A DNA stretch of 64,000 nt, taken from Eledone cirrhosa (taxonomy: Eukaryota). The notes beneath the pieces are model-generated. The model ran no database searches, was not told the DNA's origin, and saw nothing but the letters and a program-made list of their open reading frames with translations. The translations under genes and the position numbers were made by a program. Positions 1-14,004 of this stretch are shown here, in pieces. How positions within the stretch are numbered: position 1 is the stretch's first letter; the number at the start of each line of letters is the position of its first letter. The stretch lies in contig OZ024741.1 of NCBI GenBank assembly GCA_964016885.1, forward strand, positions 131,750,001-131,814,000, read 5' to 3'.

Positions 1-101
1 TTCACGTACCAAGAGTTCCGAATAATGCAATCGAAATCAGAATCTCATTATGACGAAATGAACTTCTTAAGGACTCGCCTAAATACTCACATACATAATA
101 T

Positions 102-136
<35 letters not shown>

Positions 137-375
137 CTGTAGACAGAGAGATAGGCAGACAGATATGTATGATATATATATAGAGAGAGAGATTTAAAGA
201 TGCTTTGCTCTACGGTAAAGCTTTCAAAAGCAAATGAAGAATTAGTTTGTCATTTGCCATTAATATTGTTTAAGCTTAACCGTAGGGGAAAGTATATTTA
301 TAAGAATATCTACACATTACCTTTCTTAAATAAGGAGTACAAAGCTGAGTATTCTTAACATTGCATCCATATATA

Positions 376-484
<109 letters not shown>

Positions 485-1074
485 GTATATGTGCCCTAAA
501 TACACATGCACATATCTACAGTATTTTGAAAGACAGGGCGGAAATTTTCACCACTAATCACGTGTTATATGTGTCAAAATGTAAGAGGTTGAACTCTTGT
601 TCTTACCGTAAAACCTTTGACTTCACGAATTTAGGTTATGAACGTGTGGAGGTCAGCTGATGATAAGTTGTGCTGAAGTTCAACAATTAATTCAAGCTGC
701 CTAACCTTTACATTTTAATTAAAGATGTTACTATGGTGGTCTGATTCCTTGAACATATGCATAAATGGAGGGAAGAGGAGATTTTTTAAATACGTGGGTG
801 TGTGTTCGTATGTGTGCATATATGTTTGTATATATTGTGCTTACGCAATCTATGTGTGTTGGCTTAATATATGAATATGTGTGTGTGTATTTATATGTGA
901 GTGTGTGTGTATGTGTGTGTGTGTAATTTTATATGTGAGTGCGTGCGGGGATATTTTATTACATATTGAAGATGGTTGTTCGTGTTTGGGCATGTGTTAA
1001 TGTATGTATGTGTGTGGGCATACATCTTTGCACAAGCATATATATGTATGTGTGTAGTGGAAAAGACCGATAAA

Positions 1075-1480
1075 TGACTGCGTCATCTATCAAGATGTTT
1101 TTAACGGTAGAGGCTCTCATTGTCACGTGTTCCTTTATCCGTATGTGTAGCCTCTTTATGGTAATTCCGATGTATGAGTAGCTAAAATTTTTACACGTGA
1201 TCTTATAGACAACATATGCTCTCGTGCACACTTCTGCGTTGTTGATGTGTTGGTGTCCGAGGAGCTGTCTTCACAATGAGGACCCCGAATGTGTCAGCTA
1301 AATATTCAGCTACTCCCTACAGATGGCTTGTCTGATGACAGCTGTCGTCATCTCATGTTATCCTTAGGGCAACGCACCCTCCTCAATCTTTTACGTGCTG
1401 CTGCCTTGGCATTTCGGTTTTTGCTAAGAGAAGTTGGTTAGCCGTTTTTGGTGAGAACTCTTTGGAATTCTACCACACTT
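1075..1480 (-). mobile_element. Penelope-like retroelement fragment, GIY-YIG endonuclease region (decayed)
   Basis: Minus-strand translation VVYKITCKNFSYSYIGITIKRLHIRIKEH is the GIY-YIG motif. Upstream EFQRVLTKNG*P resembles the PLE L..NGYP motif. Confidence 0.8.
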
Positions 1481-1574
1481 GTATGTCTGCCGCTACCCAC
1501 ACCAAAATTGTAGCTTCTCAATAGAATTCAGCATGATCCAAATTGTGCCATGACAGACCCTTTGATTTATAGGT

Positions 1575-1830
1575 ATAATTCATTTTTCTCAGCTGAGTGG
1601 ACTAAAGCAATGTGAAATGAATTGCATCGGTCACGACCACAACACGCCAGCCTGTTAAAGTATCGAACTCAAGACCTTATAACCGTGAGCATATCATCGT
1701 AACAACAAAGCCACGGAGGCAGATGCAAACACTTAAAATATAAAGTCTGTCTCAAATCCGGAGGCTCATCTAGCCCGTACTTATCCCATTTTCCGTGGCG
1801 TTAAGTGACTGGGAGTAATAGACCCTCTAC
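1575..1830 (-). mobile_element. tRNA-derived SINE family B (CORE-like), decayed
   Basis: Reverse-complement similarity to 6578-6850 (ctcagctgagtggact, catttcac, ttccgtggcgttaa). Confidence 0.6.
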
Positions 1831-1907
1831 CTAACTGAAAAATAATTGTGGCGATGTATGTATGTAAATGTAAACAGAAATAATAACATAGTTGGTACAG
1901 TATATGG

Positions 1908-2300
1908 AAGGAATATATTAGGTTAACGTTTGAAGTAGCAGGAAGAGGGTCTTACCATTTCGGATGCTAGTCCTTCATCAGAAGAAAGAATGAGAAATAA
2001 GATAGATTGAAGGGACGGGCGGGGTGGAATTGTCTGTACATAAAAAATAACAGGTCCTTTCATGTTGACATCTCATACATATACACACGACTGAATACAC
2101 ATATTTTTCCATTCCTCCGCTTCTCACTCTCTATCTCTCTCTTTATATTTCCTCTTATATTTCTCATTCTATCTCTGATGAAGGACTAGTGTCCGAAAGT
2201 TTGATACGCTTTTCCTTCTATATCAAACGTTAAACTAATATATTCTTAATTGTACTGTGTCGTTAGCTCTAGCATTTATGTTTTTTCTTTTGCAAATATA
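1908..2300. mobile_element. Inverted-repeat mini-element with two opposed hammerhead cores (Penelope pLTR-like)
   Basis: 1908-1995 is the diverged reverse complement of 2161-2248. CTGATGA-AGGAC-TAGT-GTCC-GAAA at 2175-2198 (+), with an equivalent at 1958-1981 (-). Confidence 0.75.
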
Positions 2301-2674
2301 TATATACTTCACCCAACTTGTACGAAATATGTCAACACCAACGAACTGTTACTAATAACACAACTGACCTTCTCGTCTCTTTCGTGTACTTCTATTGTTT
2401 GCTTCTTTCAATTATCCTGCCCCGACTCATTCTGACGTGAAAATTGTCAATCCCAGACTTCTGTCTACATAGTTTTCACTGTTTATTTATTTATTTATCT
2501 ATTTTGTTAACATATTTGCTTGTATTTTTTAAAGCATTTATCTATTTAATTTTACATTTGTTTTGTTTAACAAATTTTTGATTATTTTACTTAATTTATT
2601 ATATCTATCTACTTTCAGGTAAAGCAAAAATTCTCATACTTCCTGTCTATCAAATGACATTCACTGAACTCTGG

Positions 2675-2718
<44 letters not shown>

Positions 2719-2988
2719 CGAAGCATTCCGTAAGTTCTTTCTTCCCTAATTTTATTCCCGATTGTTGGCATGAGATGGTTACTGTTCATGTTCCTTTGGC
2801 TTTGCTGCTGGTAAAGTGTTAAAGATACGAAAACAACGGCAATGTAGTACTGATCCGATCAAACGTCGAACTATATATATACTAGCTGTCCCGTCCGGCG
2901 GGCGTCCGGGTTAGGTATACCTGCCTCCACCACTCCACTGCAAAGATTACCACACACCCTCCCGTGTCACATTGTCCTTCCTTCTCTC

Positions 2989-3188
2989 NNNNNNNNNNNN
3001 NNNNNNNNNNNNNNNNNNNNNNNNNNNNNNNNNNNNNNNNNNNNNNNNNNNNNNNNNNNNNNNNNNNNNNNNNNNNNNNNNNNNNNNNNNNNNNNNNNNN
3101 NNNNNNNNNNNNNNNNNNNNNNNNNNNNNNNNNNNNNNNNNNNNNNNNNNNNNNNNNNNNNNNNNNNNNNNNNNNNNNNNNNNNNNNN
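2989..3188. other. Assembly gap (200 N)
   Basis: Run of N. Confidence 1.
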
Positions 3189-3199
3189 TTCCTAATCTT

Positions 3200-3380
<181 letters not shown>

Positions 3381-3524
3381 ATATTGAAGGAGATACGGAA
3401 ACTAAAACAGTGTTGTCATATAGAGAGTGGAGAGCAACAGAGAGAGTAAAGCAGTTAAATTATAGAGAGGGGGAATGATCTTACATACATACATACATGC
3501 ATACATATATACAACAACTACAAC

Positions 3525-3798
3525 GGTACGCGATGGGGCCCATCCACAGTCCCGGCGGACTGAATGGAGAAAGCGTTTCCCCGGAGGACGGCAAGGGAGA
3601 CGTGCTGGAAAAGCCACTCCAACTCGTGGGGCTCACACCTGCGGCTGGCCAGCTCAGCGCCTATGGTGGTGAGTAAGAAGGTAGCCCTGGGGCCGAGGAC
3701 ACCAGAAGTCTCCACTAGGTACAACCGCAAACCTGACGGAGAACGACCGCTATTTGAGGAGTTTGGCCCCCTCAGCCCGACGTGCAGCAGAACCTGGG
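3525..3798 (-). mobile_element. CRE-clade-like non-LTR fragment, C-terminal restriction-like endonuclease end
   Basis: VETSGVLGPRATFLLTTIGAEL...EPHELEWLFQHVSLAVLRGNAFSI matches the ETxGxxG...QRLSxAVQRGNA motif of CRE-type RLE domains. Confidence 0.7.
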
Positions 3799-4114
3799 TA
3801 TATATTGATATATTGAAGGTGGATACGGAAAGTAAAAGAGTTTTGTCATATTGAGAGTGAAGAGAGACACAGAGTAAAGCAGTTAAATTATAGAGAGGGT
3901 GAAAGAGGGAGAGGGAGAGAGAGAGAGAGAGACGACGCTCAGCTTTATAATATTAGAGAGTGAAGAGCGACAGAGAGAGTAAAGCAGTTAAATTATAGAG
4001 AGGGGAATGATCTATTATAGAGAGAGGGAAGAGCGACGGAGAGAGTAAAGCTAAGAAAGTATAGGGAGGGGTGTAGGATACATACATACATAATACACAC
4101 GATACTCAGCTTTA

Positions 4115-4158
<44 letters not shown>

Positions 4159-4171
4159 GGGGGGGGTATGT

Positions 4172-4210
<39 letters not shown>

Positions 4211-4346
4211 CATGTATGAATATATACATAAATATGTATGTAGTCAATATATACACAGGCTGGATATAAAACGTGTAGCAACAAGGTCGGTGCCCCAGCA
4301 TGGTCTCAGCCGAATGCCTAGAACAGGCAAAAGAGTAAAGGAGTAT

Positions 4347-4399
<53 letters not shown>

Positions 4400-4725
4400 A
4401 CATACATATATATGTATAACCACCGCTCCATATGCAGGTGTGCTTCATCAGCTCATCTACATAAGTGAGAAATCTAAAAGATGTTAACTTATATTTGTCT
4501 CAGCGGAAGCTAGGTAGATATATAGCCAAAACTAGGTATTACAATCACCATCACGCTAGAATGAACGCGTTCTCGGTTACTTTCCATTTGGTTTTGCTGA
4601 GACTAAGGATGTGTGACGGTAGTTACAACCTTAAAAATTTGTATCGGAAGGCTGTCAAATGTTTTTCATAAACATTTGTATATTATTCGATATACAACAT
4701 ATATGTCTATAACGCAAAGTTGGAG

Positions 4726-4778
<53 letters not shown>

Positions 4779-5588
4779 GTAGGTGTGTGTGTGTGTGCAT
4801 GCGCGCTTGTGTGCGAGTGTGTGTGTGTGTGTTGATATTCGTATTTTTGTTCGTGTATGTTTATCCTTACGTCAAATTTCATTCTTTTACAACAAATAGT
4901 TAAATTCGCCAATCGGCAAATAGGGATCGATAAAATACGTACCAGCCTGGAATATGTAGTTGTGTTCTATAAAATCGACTAACATTATAGATTACTCTTG
5001 AAGTAAAAGAATAAATGAATAAAAGTATAAAAGAATATTTTTGTCAGTTACAATCACGGTATATTTGATGGTTTGTTTTCTTGCGAAGATGAACTTATAA
5101 TCAGATTAAAGAAAGAAGCTACGTCAGCTAGTAGATATTACAACAATTATCTCCCTTGTGTATCTCCCTATTTGGCAAGCTCCATTGTCAGTACTTCTAG
5201 CTAAATAGATTTAAAGATAGTTATTTTGCCTATTGATTCTAAAGTCTTGTTTTTTTTCTGTCAATAGTTCTTTTGTTCATTGATAGGAAAAGGTAATGAG
5301 GGGTGGATGAGTGAATTGGTAAGGTGATGGAGTAACATACTTGTATTGTTTAGTCACGTAACTTTATGTTTTCGGTTCAGATCTCGCCGGAGTCGAATCC
5401 GATTTTTCTCCTTCCTTTGGGTGATGTTCATAAAATAATTACTTACCAGTCATATACTGGGATAATTATATATTCCGCCCTACATGACCCAATATAAGGT
5501 CTTTATCTCTTATTTATAAACCATTTTTGGAAGGAAAAAATAGAGAAGTGAATTAGTTGAATAGGTAGATCACTGAATATCTTGTCAT

Positions 5589-5654
<66 letters not shown>

Positions 5655-5657
<3 letters not shown>

Positions 5658-6252
5658 CCTGGATATGTGGTTAGGAAATTAATGATATGCTGTAAACGTG
5701 AGTTGTGTCCGTGAAACAAATGCATATACACCAGGCCCGAACACAAAAGAACCAAACCACACTGTCACTGCCTCCATCTTTCCCGTTCTCCCCATCTCTC
5801 ATTATTATGAGCAAATGGGCGGTGGATTGGCAGTATCGGTAGAGGGTCGGACGCCATGCTTTCCAGCATAGTTACGTCCCTTTACGATCTGAGTTCAAAT
5901 CCCGCCGAGATTGACTTTGCCTTTCATCCTTACGGGGTCGATAAAATAAAGTACCAGTAATGCACTGGGTAATTGCTGGCCTTGTGCCTAAAGTAGAAAC
6001 AATTATTATGAGCAAATGGGAGCTCACACACTGGCCGCCTCGCGGTCCCGGCGGACAGAATAGAGAAGGCGTGTCCCCGGGGCATGGTGAGGAGGACGTG
6101 CTGGAAGAGCCATTCCAGCTCGCGAGGCTCCCACCTGCGGGTAGCCAACTCTGAGTCGATGATGGTGAGCAGGGAGGGGCCTTAGGGCCAAGGACACCAA
6201 AAGTCTCTACTGCCACGGGCTCGACTGCAAGCCTGTCGGAGAGCGACCGATC
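5655..6252 (-). mobile_element. Second CRE-like 3' fragment, interrupted by a SINE
   Basis: AVETFGVLGPKA / EPRELEWLFQHVLLTMPRGHAFSILSAG. Nucleotide similarity of 6045-6250 to 3548-3750. Left boundary is uncertain. Confidence 0.65.
5818..6008 (+). mobile_element. tRNA-derived SINE family A (MetaSINE-like core), full length with TSD
   Basis: A-box-like tggcagtatcggtag, B-box gagttcaaatccc, core tttgcctttcatccttacggggtcgataaaataaagtaccag. 19-bp direct repeat attattatgagcaaatggg at 5801-5819 and 6002-6020. Confidence 0.9.
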
Positions 6253-6577
6253 TTGTTATTAGTAAGCAGCCGTCTTATACATTCTGAGATTAAATTCAGG
6301 TATGTGTTTACATAACATTTCATTGTTTTGAGTCTTAATGAAATAACTATCGATGAAATTGGTAGTTAGAGAGATTTGGTGTTTATCTTGGATAAAGTAT
6401 TATTGTTGCTGTAGAATCATTGCTAAGCTGGATAAAATTTCAAGCGATATACTTTCAAATGGCCTTGTAGTCAATTTTGTCTTTCAACCTTCCGGTGACT
6501 ATAAAACAAAATACCAATAGATTATTGGGATCAGTGTAATCGACTAAACACGCTTTTTAAAAGTCTGGCTTGCTAGT

Positions 6578-6850
6578 GGAGGTACATGCTTTAGTGGTAA
6601 GGATGTTGAATCTACGGTCATAATGTCGTGAGTTCGATTCTTGGACCAGGCTGTGTGTTGTGCTTTTGAGCAAAACACTTCATTTCATTTTGCTCTAGTA
6701 TACTCAGCTGAAAATTAGTACCAGCAATAGCTGGAGGATTAAACCTACGATGCAGCAGCATCATGTACTCTTGTACTTTCAGTCCCATCACGCCTCGGAA
6801 ACGGGGATAAGCACCGGCCTCATGAGACCCCGGGGCGGAACACACTTTAG
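6578..6850 (+). mobile_element. tRNA-derived SINE family B (CORE-like)
   Basis: A box (tagtggtaagg), B box (gagttcgattc), core ttgagcaaaacacttcatttc...ctcagctg. Homologues at 24230-24510(-), 42625-42872(+) and 53540-53660(-). Confidence 0.75.
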
Positions 6851-7130
6851 ACATTTCACTATTTTTATGGTAATTGTTATTGTTACTATTGTCCTTGGCG
6901 TTGTTGTTATGACTTTTACCTTTGAGATAGAAGAAGCATTTCTACTCGTCTTCTTCATTGTTGTTGTTGTTGTTATTGTTGTCGTTGCTGTTCTGAATAT
7001 TCTTATTATTGTTACTGCTGTTGCGCCATGGTGTTCATAACAAGGTTCTCACTCTTTGAAGATGATGTTCGGTGTTTTAATCATTGCTTGCGCTAATATT
7101 GTTTGTTGATGACCAGCTGAACGGTTATGT

Positions 7131-7192
<62 letters not shown>

Positions 7193-7252
7193 ATGTTGGT
7201 AGTCAAAGAACGATGTTGAAAGAAATTGTATAGGAAGTTTCCTCACATTGCA

Positions 7253-7317
<65 letters not shown>

Positions 7318-7343
7318 ATGTGTGTGTGTGTGTGTGTGTGCGT

Positions 7344-7385
<42 letters not shown>

Positions 7386-7488
7386 TGTTTGAGTGAGTGT
7401 CTGTGTGTCTGTGTGTGTGCATATATATTTACAGGCATTCACATGCGCGGTCACACACACATACATATATGTGTTTGTACGTGTGTGC

Positions 7489-7523
<35 letters not shown>

Positions 7524-8197
7524 CGTGCATGTGTATTTACATAAATCAACATAGAACAAACAAGAAATGATGGAAAAAATATTCTGCCACATTTCTTCTC
7601 AGTTCAATTCATGCTGGAAGCCGTACAAAAATTGATTGTGTCGACGAAATCTCAACGTGAGCGAAATCCGAAAAATCCGAATTGTCATAACTGAAAGCGT
7701 TCTGCACTCGATGCATCAATCAACCTATATAACACGCATATGATTCACTGACATGCTTCAGTCACGTGTTCTGTGTGTGTGTATGTGTCTGTGGTGTGTG
7801 TGTGTGCGCGCGCGCGCTTACATTGGACCTACGTCCCTTTCGACGATGCAATTTCCAAATGTTCAAGTAAGAAAATATATATTCGTGAAATTTACGAAAA
7901 CTTTTATAGACGTATGTAAGCTTAACCCTTTAGCATTCAAACAGTGTATGTGTGACCACATTATACACTATTATGCTTGCCCTCATATATGTACTTACGC
8001 ACACATTTTCACTATACACATGCATTGTACATATACACTTATGTACAGTTGTGAGTGAATATATACACATTTATACACATACCCTAACTATATTTCCTTA
8101 TTTTTATATATCTCTTGCTTTATTTTTTTGCCCGTTAAACTCTTGCCTTTCTTGAGGAGATTTTTCAAATATTTCACTATGTTTTAAATTGACTTGT

Positions 8198-8253
8198 CCG
8201 ATGAACGAATGAGGACGTTTTTCGTATTCGTCTTATTCGGGAAACCTCTGGTA
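8198..8253 (+). ncRNA. Degenerate hammerhead-like motif
   Basis: CCGATGA, stem cgaatgaggacg/cgtcttattcg, GAAAC...GTA, next to (TA)n. Confidence 0.4.
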
Positions 8254-8285
8254 ATGAGATGATTATATTGTATTTTTTATTATAC

Positions 8286-8325
<40 letters not shown>

Positions 8326-8349
8326 TGTATGTATATATGTACGCATATG

Positions 8350-8400
<51 letters not shown>

Positions 8401-8403
<3 letters not shown>

Positions 8404-8820
8404 AAGAATGAAGAGTAACATGGTTGGCTGTACAATAAGGGCTTTATTTAAAGTACTGGCAATTGTTTCGTTGTTCAGGTGAGTCTAAAGTTCGCTAATC
8501 GCTTGAGGTTGCGTACTCTGATGTGTTGACCAGAGGTAAATAATGTATTGACGCAACCTCAAGCGATTAGCGAACTCTAGACTCTCCTAATCAACGAAAC
8601 AATTGTCAGTACTTTAAATAAAGCCCTTATTGTACAGGCAACCATGTTACTCTTCCTTCTTTAACTATTATTACTCCAAGTATAACCTGCATAGAAATTA
8701 CCGCGAACTCGCTGCCTAACTATGGAAGCACCTTGTTGGGTCAAACAAAGCCGTACGTTAAAACTATCCACGCTGCAGAGTACTCACAACCTCTAACTGG
8801 ATTATCTATAACGATAACTT
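8401..8820 (+). mobile_element. Fold-back element: ~114-bp inverted arms plus a unique tail, beside (TA)n
   Basis: 8401-8514 is the near-perfect reverse complement of 8551-8664. The right arm has GAAAC-AATT-GTC followed by AATAAA. Confidence 0.85.
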
Positions 8821-8881
8821 GTTATCCCATATATATATGCACATGTATGTAGATATGTACGCATATGTATATATATATATA

Positions 8882-8929
<48 letters not shown>

Positions 8930-9043
8930 AAACATGCATACATATAGACTTACATACAAACGTGCATGCATATATACATAAATATATACGTGGATGCATG
9001 CAAGGATACATACATACATACGTACATACATACATACATACAT

Positions 9044-9324
9044 GGTGGCTGCCAACTCGTTTTCGAGTACGGCCACTACTTTATGTCCATGTAGGAGAAC
9101 CCTTACTGATGCGCTGAACGAGTGTGACTTTTTAGTCCAGCCAGCGACTTGAAAACTCTGGTACAAACACTACACTTGTGACAATTATTGACACATAGTG
9201 CTGGTTCCCATGGTACCATGTGACGACAAGTGCAGAGAGATCTCCAGATATAAAGCAATGCCTGTGCCGTGAAGCTTTTATAGTGATCAAAGGCACTGCA
9301 CAAAGCCAGTCCCACTCTCTTAAC
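9044..9324 (-). mobile_element. RTE-derived bipartite SINE (family C), 5'-truncated
   Basis: Near-identical to the corresponding parts of 41043-41650 and 54139-54726. Flanked by (TACA)n. Confidence 0.9.
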
Positions 9325-9410
9325 ATACATACATACATACATACATTCATACATACATACATACATACATACATACATACATACATACATACATACATAC
9401 ATACATACAT

Positions 9411-10615
9411 GAAGGCTGTCCCCTCGTTATCGAGAATGACCATTACACGATAAGCAAAAGCACATATATATTAATAATTAACGGTGCTGCGATCGAATGT
9501 GGCTTTTTAGCCCAGCCAATGATCTGAAATGTCTTGCACAGAGTTGGCAACCATCATAAAAACATTCACTGGTAACAGCTGACTGTGGTTGATCTTCATG
9601 TACCTTTGCATGTCGTCTGCGCCCTCCTGCTGATCTACACTCTTTTCCACATGCTTGAGATATATGAAGAGTAGCATCTCCGACAGCAGTCTGGTAGTCA
9701 ACCACTGGTCTGACTGTATGACTGCAAAGATGACTTTTGAGTCCAGCTTTGCTGAGGCAAAGTCTTGCACGGACACTGCATGTCAGCGCCATAGAAGGAC
9801 TTTTGCTGTCTGGAAATGTAATAGCAATGCTTTTCTTGGTATCCCTTTTTACTTTCTCGTATGCGATTCGAGATGCCTCAAAGGCAACTTTTCCCTCATA
9901 TATAGTCTTTCTCCATTTATTACGATCAGCAGCTATGATTTCCCATGTACCAGCAGAGATGTTAGCCTCTTTCAAGGAGGCTTTCAACTATTCCTCATAT
10001 CTCTTTTTTGGTTTATGTGGAGGTCGTTTTCTTTAACTAACTCTCCATAAAAGAGTTATTTTGGTATCCTAGAATCCTTCATCCCAGCAAGGTGACCACT
10101 CCATCGGAGGCTTTGCTTAAGCACAGGAGCTTCTATGCTTTCATACAGAGAGCTTTCCAAAAGTTCGGCATCACTGAAGTCGTCCCTTCAGTGAACGCCA
10201 TGGATCCCTCTGAGACACATCTAATGGAAACGTTCTAGCTGTTTAAGGTGGTGTCGATATGTGACCCGGGTCTCTCAGGCATAAAGAAGAGAAGAGAGCA
10301 CACATGCATTGTACACCTATACCTTCGTCTTCTTGCATATGTCTCGCCGACCCCAGAGTCGCCTTTCTAGCTTTCCGAAAGCATCACTTGCTTTCCTAAT
10401 TCTGTGTGGAATTTCATTATAAAGATTGTTGTATCGATTGACAGTGCTTCCCAGGTAGACAAACTGATCAACCACTCCAAGTCGTTTACCATACACATAG
10501 ATATTTGGTTCATTGTACTGCTTACATGACAACGGTTTTCTTGAAACTGACAGTCAATCCCAGGGCAGTGCAAGCATCAGGAAATGCATTCAAAATGTGT
10601 TGCATATCAATCAGA
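9411..10615 (-). mobile_element. RTE-clade LINE, 5'-truncated and decayed (RT C-terminus, zinc fingers, (ATGT)n tail)
   Basis: [63 protein letters not shown]. Stops and frameshifts present. Confidence 0.9.
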
Positions 10616-11345
10616 TGTATGTATGTTTGTATGTATGTATGATTGTATGTATATACGTAGGTTTGTTTGTATGTACATATGTATGTTTTATGTACGTATG
10701 TGTACTTATTTCATTCCATTGTTAGTATAATACATACATAAATACATACATACATGCATACATACATACATACATACATACATACATACATACATACATA
10801 CATACATACATACATACATACATACATACATACATACATAATTTCTGAGTGTCCAATTGGATAGCGAGGATTTTTTTTTGTTAAAGCTGAAAATAAATAG
10901 AATTTTTGAAGACACCAGCAAGAAAGTTATAACAACAGACACAACTACAAAAACAAGATTATCAGAAGCAACAACACCAGCAACAATAATACGGCTGTTC
11001 AACAACAACAACAACAATAGATGCAATAATTACAACGCAGCAACAACAAGATCAACCAAAACAACTATGACAATAGCAATAACAACAACAATAACAATAA
11101 CAAGAACGAAAATAACGACAGCAGTAGGAACATCAACACCACCAACAATAACAATAAAATCAGTAAAAAATGATTACAGTAGAAACGATAACACCATAAA
11201 CAACACCAAAAACCACCACAACACGAACAACAACAACAATATACTGTATGGAAATGTGAAATAGAAATATAATACGAAACAGAATGGTAAAATGGCGGAA
11301 GGTAGTAAAAGAGAATAAAAATTGAGATGTGAGAGAGAAATGGAC

Positions 11346-11346
<1 letters not shown>

Positions 11347-11432
<86 letters not shown>
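11347..11432. repeat. (GATA)n microsatellite
   Basis: Perfect tetranucleotide run. Confidence 0.97.
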
Positions 11433-12789
11433 ATGAAGAGAAACTGTGGGAAAAAGCGATGGGCAAGGAAACTGAGAATGTCAGAAGAGAGAAGAGGAGA
11501 TAGATATAGTCATGAATATAAGATGTGGATAGAGAGGGACTGAAAGAGTAACTGTGAGTGAGCGTTTGAGTGACTGATAGAGGGAGAAAGGGATGGGCAA
11601 GGTTGACAGAGAAGAGAGGCTGAGACGAATCGTGGTTTTCTGGAAACCATGATAAGTAGGTCATGATTTAATACAAACGTTTTCCATCCGGGCATCAAGT
11701 ATGTGTGCGTGAATTTGTGATTATCTGTGTGCTTATGTTTAAGTATGTAGAAATGAATGTATGAATGTATGTGTGTATATATATATGTATGTACGTATGC
11801 ATATCATATATATATATACGTACACACATACATTGCATACATACATACATACATACATACATACATACATACATACATACATACATACATACAAACATCA
11901 ACATCTTAATCGATTCGTCGTAGAAGTGGTCCAGAACAACAGCAGCACTCTTTCTACCTCCTAGTCTTCTTTTGTCTACCATATCTTTTCTTCTTCTGCA
12001 TATTATATATTCAGTCTTGGCCAAAGATATTATCTGTCTCCCAGCAGGTTTTTCTGTATTACATTTCATTTGAAGATTATCCGTTATTAGAGTGAATGCC
12101 GCTGGGTGGTAGAATCGCTGTATATCCAGAATTAATGTTTTGTTATATTTAGTTACTTCAGAATCTCAGTTCTAATCCAGCCAAGTTCAAAATTTGCACT
12201 TCATCTAAACGGGTCTCAATGAAATTATCACCAATAAAATTCTTTAACGGAAATCATTTTCGCTGATACTCTCCTGATTCAGCCCTAAACAATTTGTAGT
12301 CTGGTATTTTCTGACTCACTGTGTAATAAAATGGAGTTCCATTGGTTTCTACGAAGATCGTTCCAGTTGTTCAATCAACGAAACAGCCTTTTCATGAAAT
12401 GAGCGTTTAAATCGTTGAGCATTACTCAGAAATGTGTACCCTGACAAAGTTTTCAGGGAGATTTGCTTGACACAGTCTGTAACAAATCTGACCCTTTGCA
12501 TTACAAGCACAATCTATTCGACGAACTTCCAAAGAGTTACCATCTACCCAATTTCACTCACAAGGCATGGGTCAACCCCATGGTGTGGTAAATGGAATTT
12601 TCCTATGATGCTACGCAGTCTGATGGAATCCAGGACCTAATGACCATGAATCAAAACCCTTAACTATATCGCTATGCTGAGGTAGTATACTACAAAACCA
12701 AGTATGGTTGAATTCTAACTACAGTCATTCGGATAAGCAGTTGCTTACTTTATAATCTATAAACATTAGAGTCAATTATTCGATGAAAC

Positions 12790-13030
12790 CTTCGCTAATT
12801 TTCAGGAAAGTTCTTGTCTTCAACCTGTTCAAACGTGTATATCACACCAGCTCATTTGCCATGGCTGCCTGTCCTTCCTGGCTGAAGAAAAGCAGTGGTT
12901 TGGTCTTCACGATGAACACAGCCGATAGCCGACACGGTCCTACATGTGACAGCAAGTCTTCGACATAAAAACAAGTCAGCAATTCCTTAATACGTGATAT
13001 TGTTTTGTAGACATGCGCACATCTCGGACA
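12790..13030 (-). mobile_element. Old fragment of a Tx1-like LINE 3' end, related to the 55-61 kb element
   Basis: Reverse complement begins CPRC (tgtccgagatgt) and aligns by eye to 60175-60435 (ctgctgtc, aaacc..ttc..aggaag, acacgtttgaa..gg). Confidence 0.6.
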
Positions 13031-13814
13031 GGCCCGGCTGACAGTATTTTATCCACCTCGAAATGATGAAAGGCAACGTTGAACTGGACAGGATTTGAAC
13101 TCGACTAATACAGATTTATATCTTGATATATGTCACATTCAACACCTTATAGAGTGGCAGCGAGTTGGCGAGACAATACTATCTTATCTCTTTAAAATGG
13201 CTTCCTGAGAATCTTTCCTAAAATTAACAGATGTTAAGCTGACTATCTTAGATTTAAACTACATTTCTAACTCAGGTTTCTTGACTATGAGTGTACTTTT
13301 AACGCAATTCTCATGGAGTTTCAGTGTGACATAGTGCGTGGCATGGCTGCCTGTCCTTTGAATTTTAGGTGAATTTTGGCTTCCAAGCAGTTTCCGTTTG
13401 CCTAATTTATTTCATAGAACTTTGGTTGACCCAAGAATATGGTAAATGACACTTGTCCAAGATGCTACACCATAGGATCGATCTAGGGCTTAAAGATTAT
13501 GAAGCATGCTTCTTAACTATTTGGCCATGCTGCCTCCAACTCACCAGCCGTAGTATTGCCCGTTCCTCTAGCACCTACTTTGTGGCAAGAAAAAAACTAT
13601 AATTATCAATAATACTATTCTGCTCGTCGCGATATATGTCCGCGTATTACTATTTAAACTATATAAAGAAATCGAAGGTATATATATAGGTTAAAAGATG
13701 ATAAATAAAACAAAACAAATTAATGTTTTACCCAGTATATTACGATATGATTTTTCAGAGCTATTACACTCTTTTCAAATGTAAAAGAAAAATTGTTCAA
13801 AACAACATATTACA

Positions 13815-13910
<96 letters not shown>

Positions 13911-13965
13911 TATGTATATATAAATTACACAATAATCAAAGTGATGTTCAAATCATTTTATTGCT

Positions 13966-14004
13966 GACAATCGTTTCTTCCAAACTTTCGTTTGGAATCA
14001 TCGG
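13966..14004 (-). ncRNA. Hammerhead ribozyme-like motif (core variant CCGAUGA)
   Basis: CCGATGA-TTCCAAAC-GAAA-GTTTGGAA-GAAAC-GATT-GTC, with a perfect 8-bp stem II and GNRA loop. Confidence 0.7.

Noticed and set aside
5818-5905. tRNA gene
   Set aside because: A/B boxes belong to a SINE head. No cloverleaf, and the SINE core follows directly.
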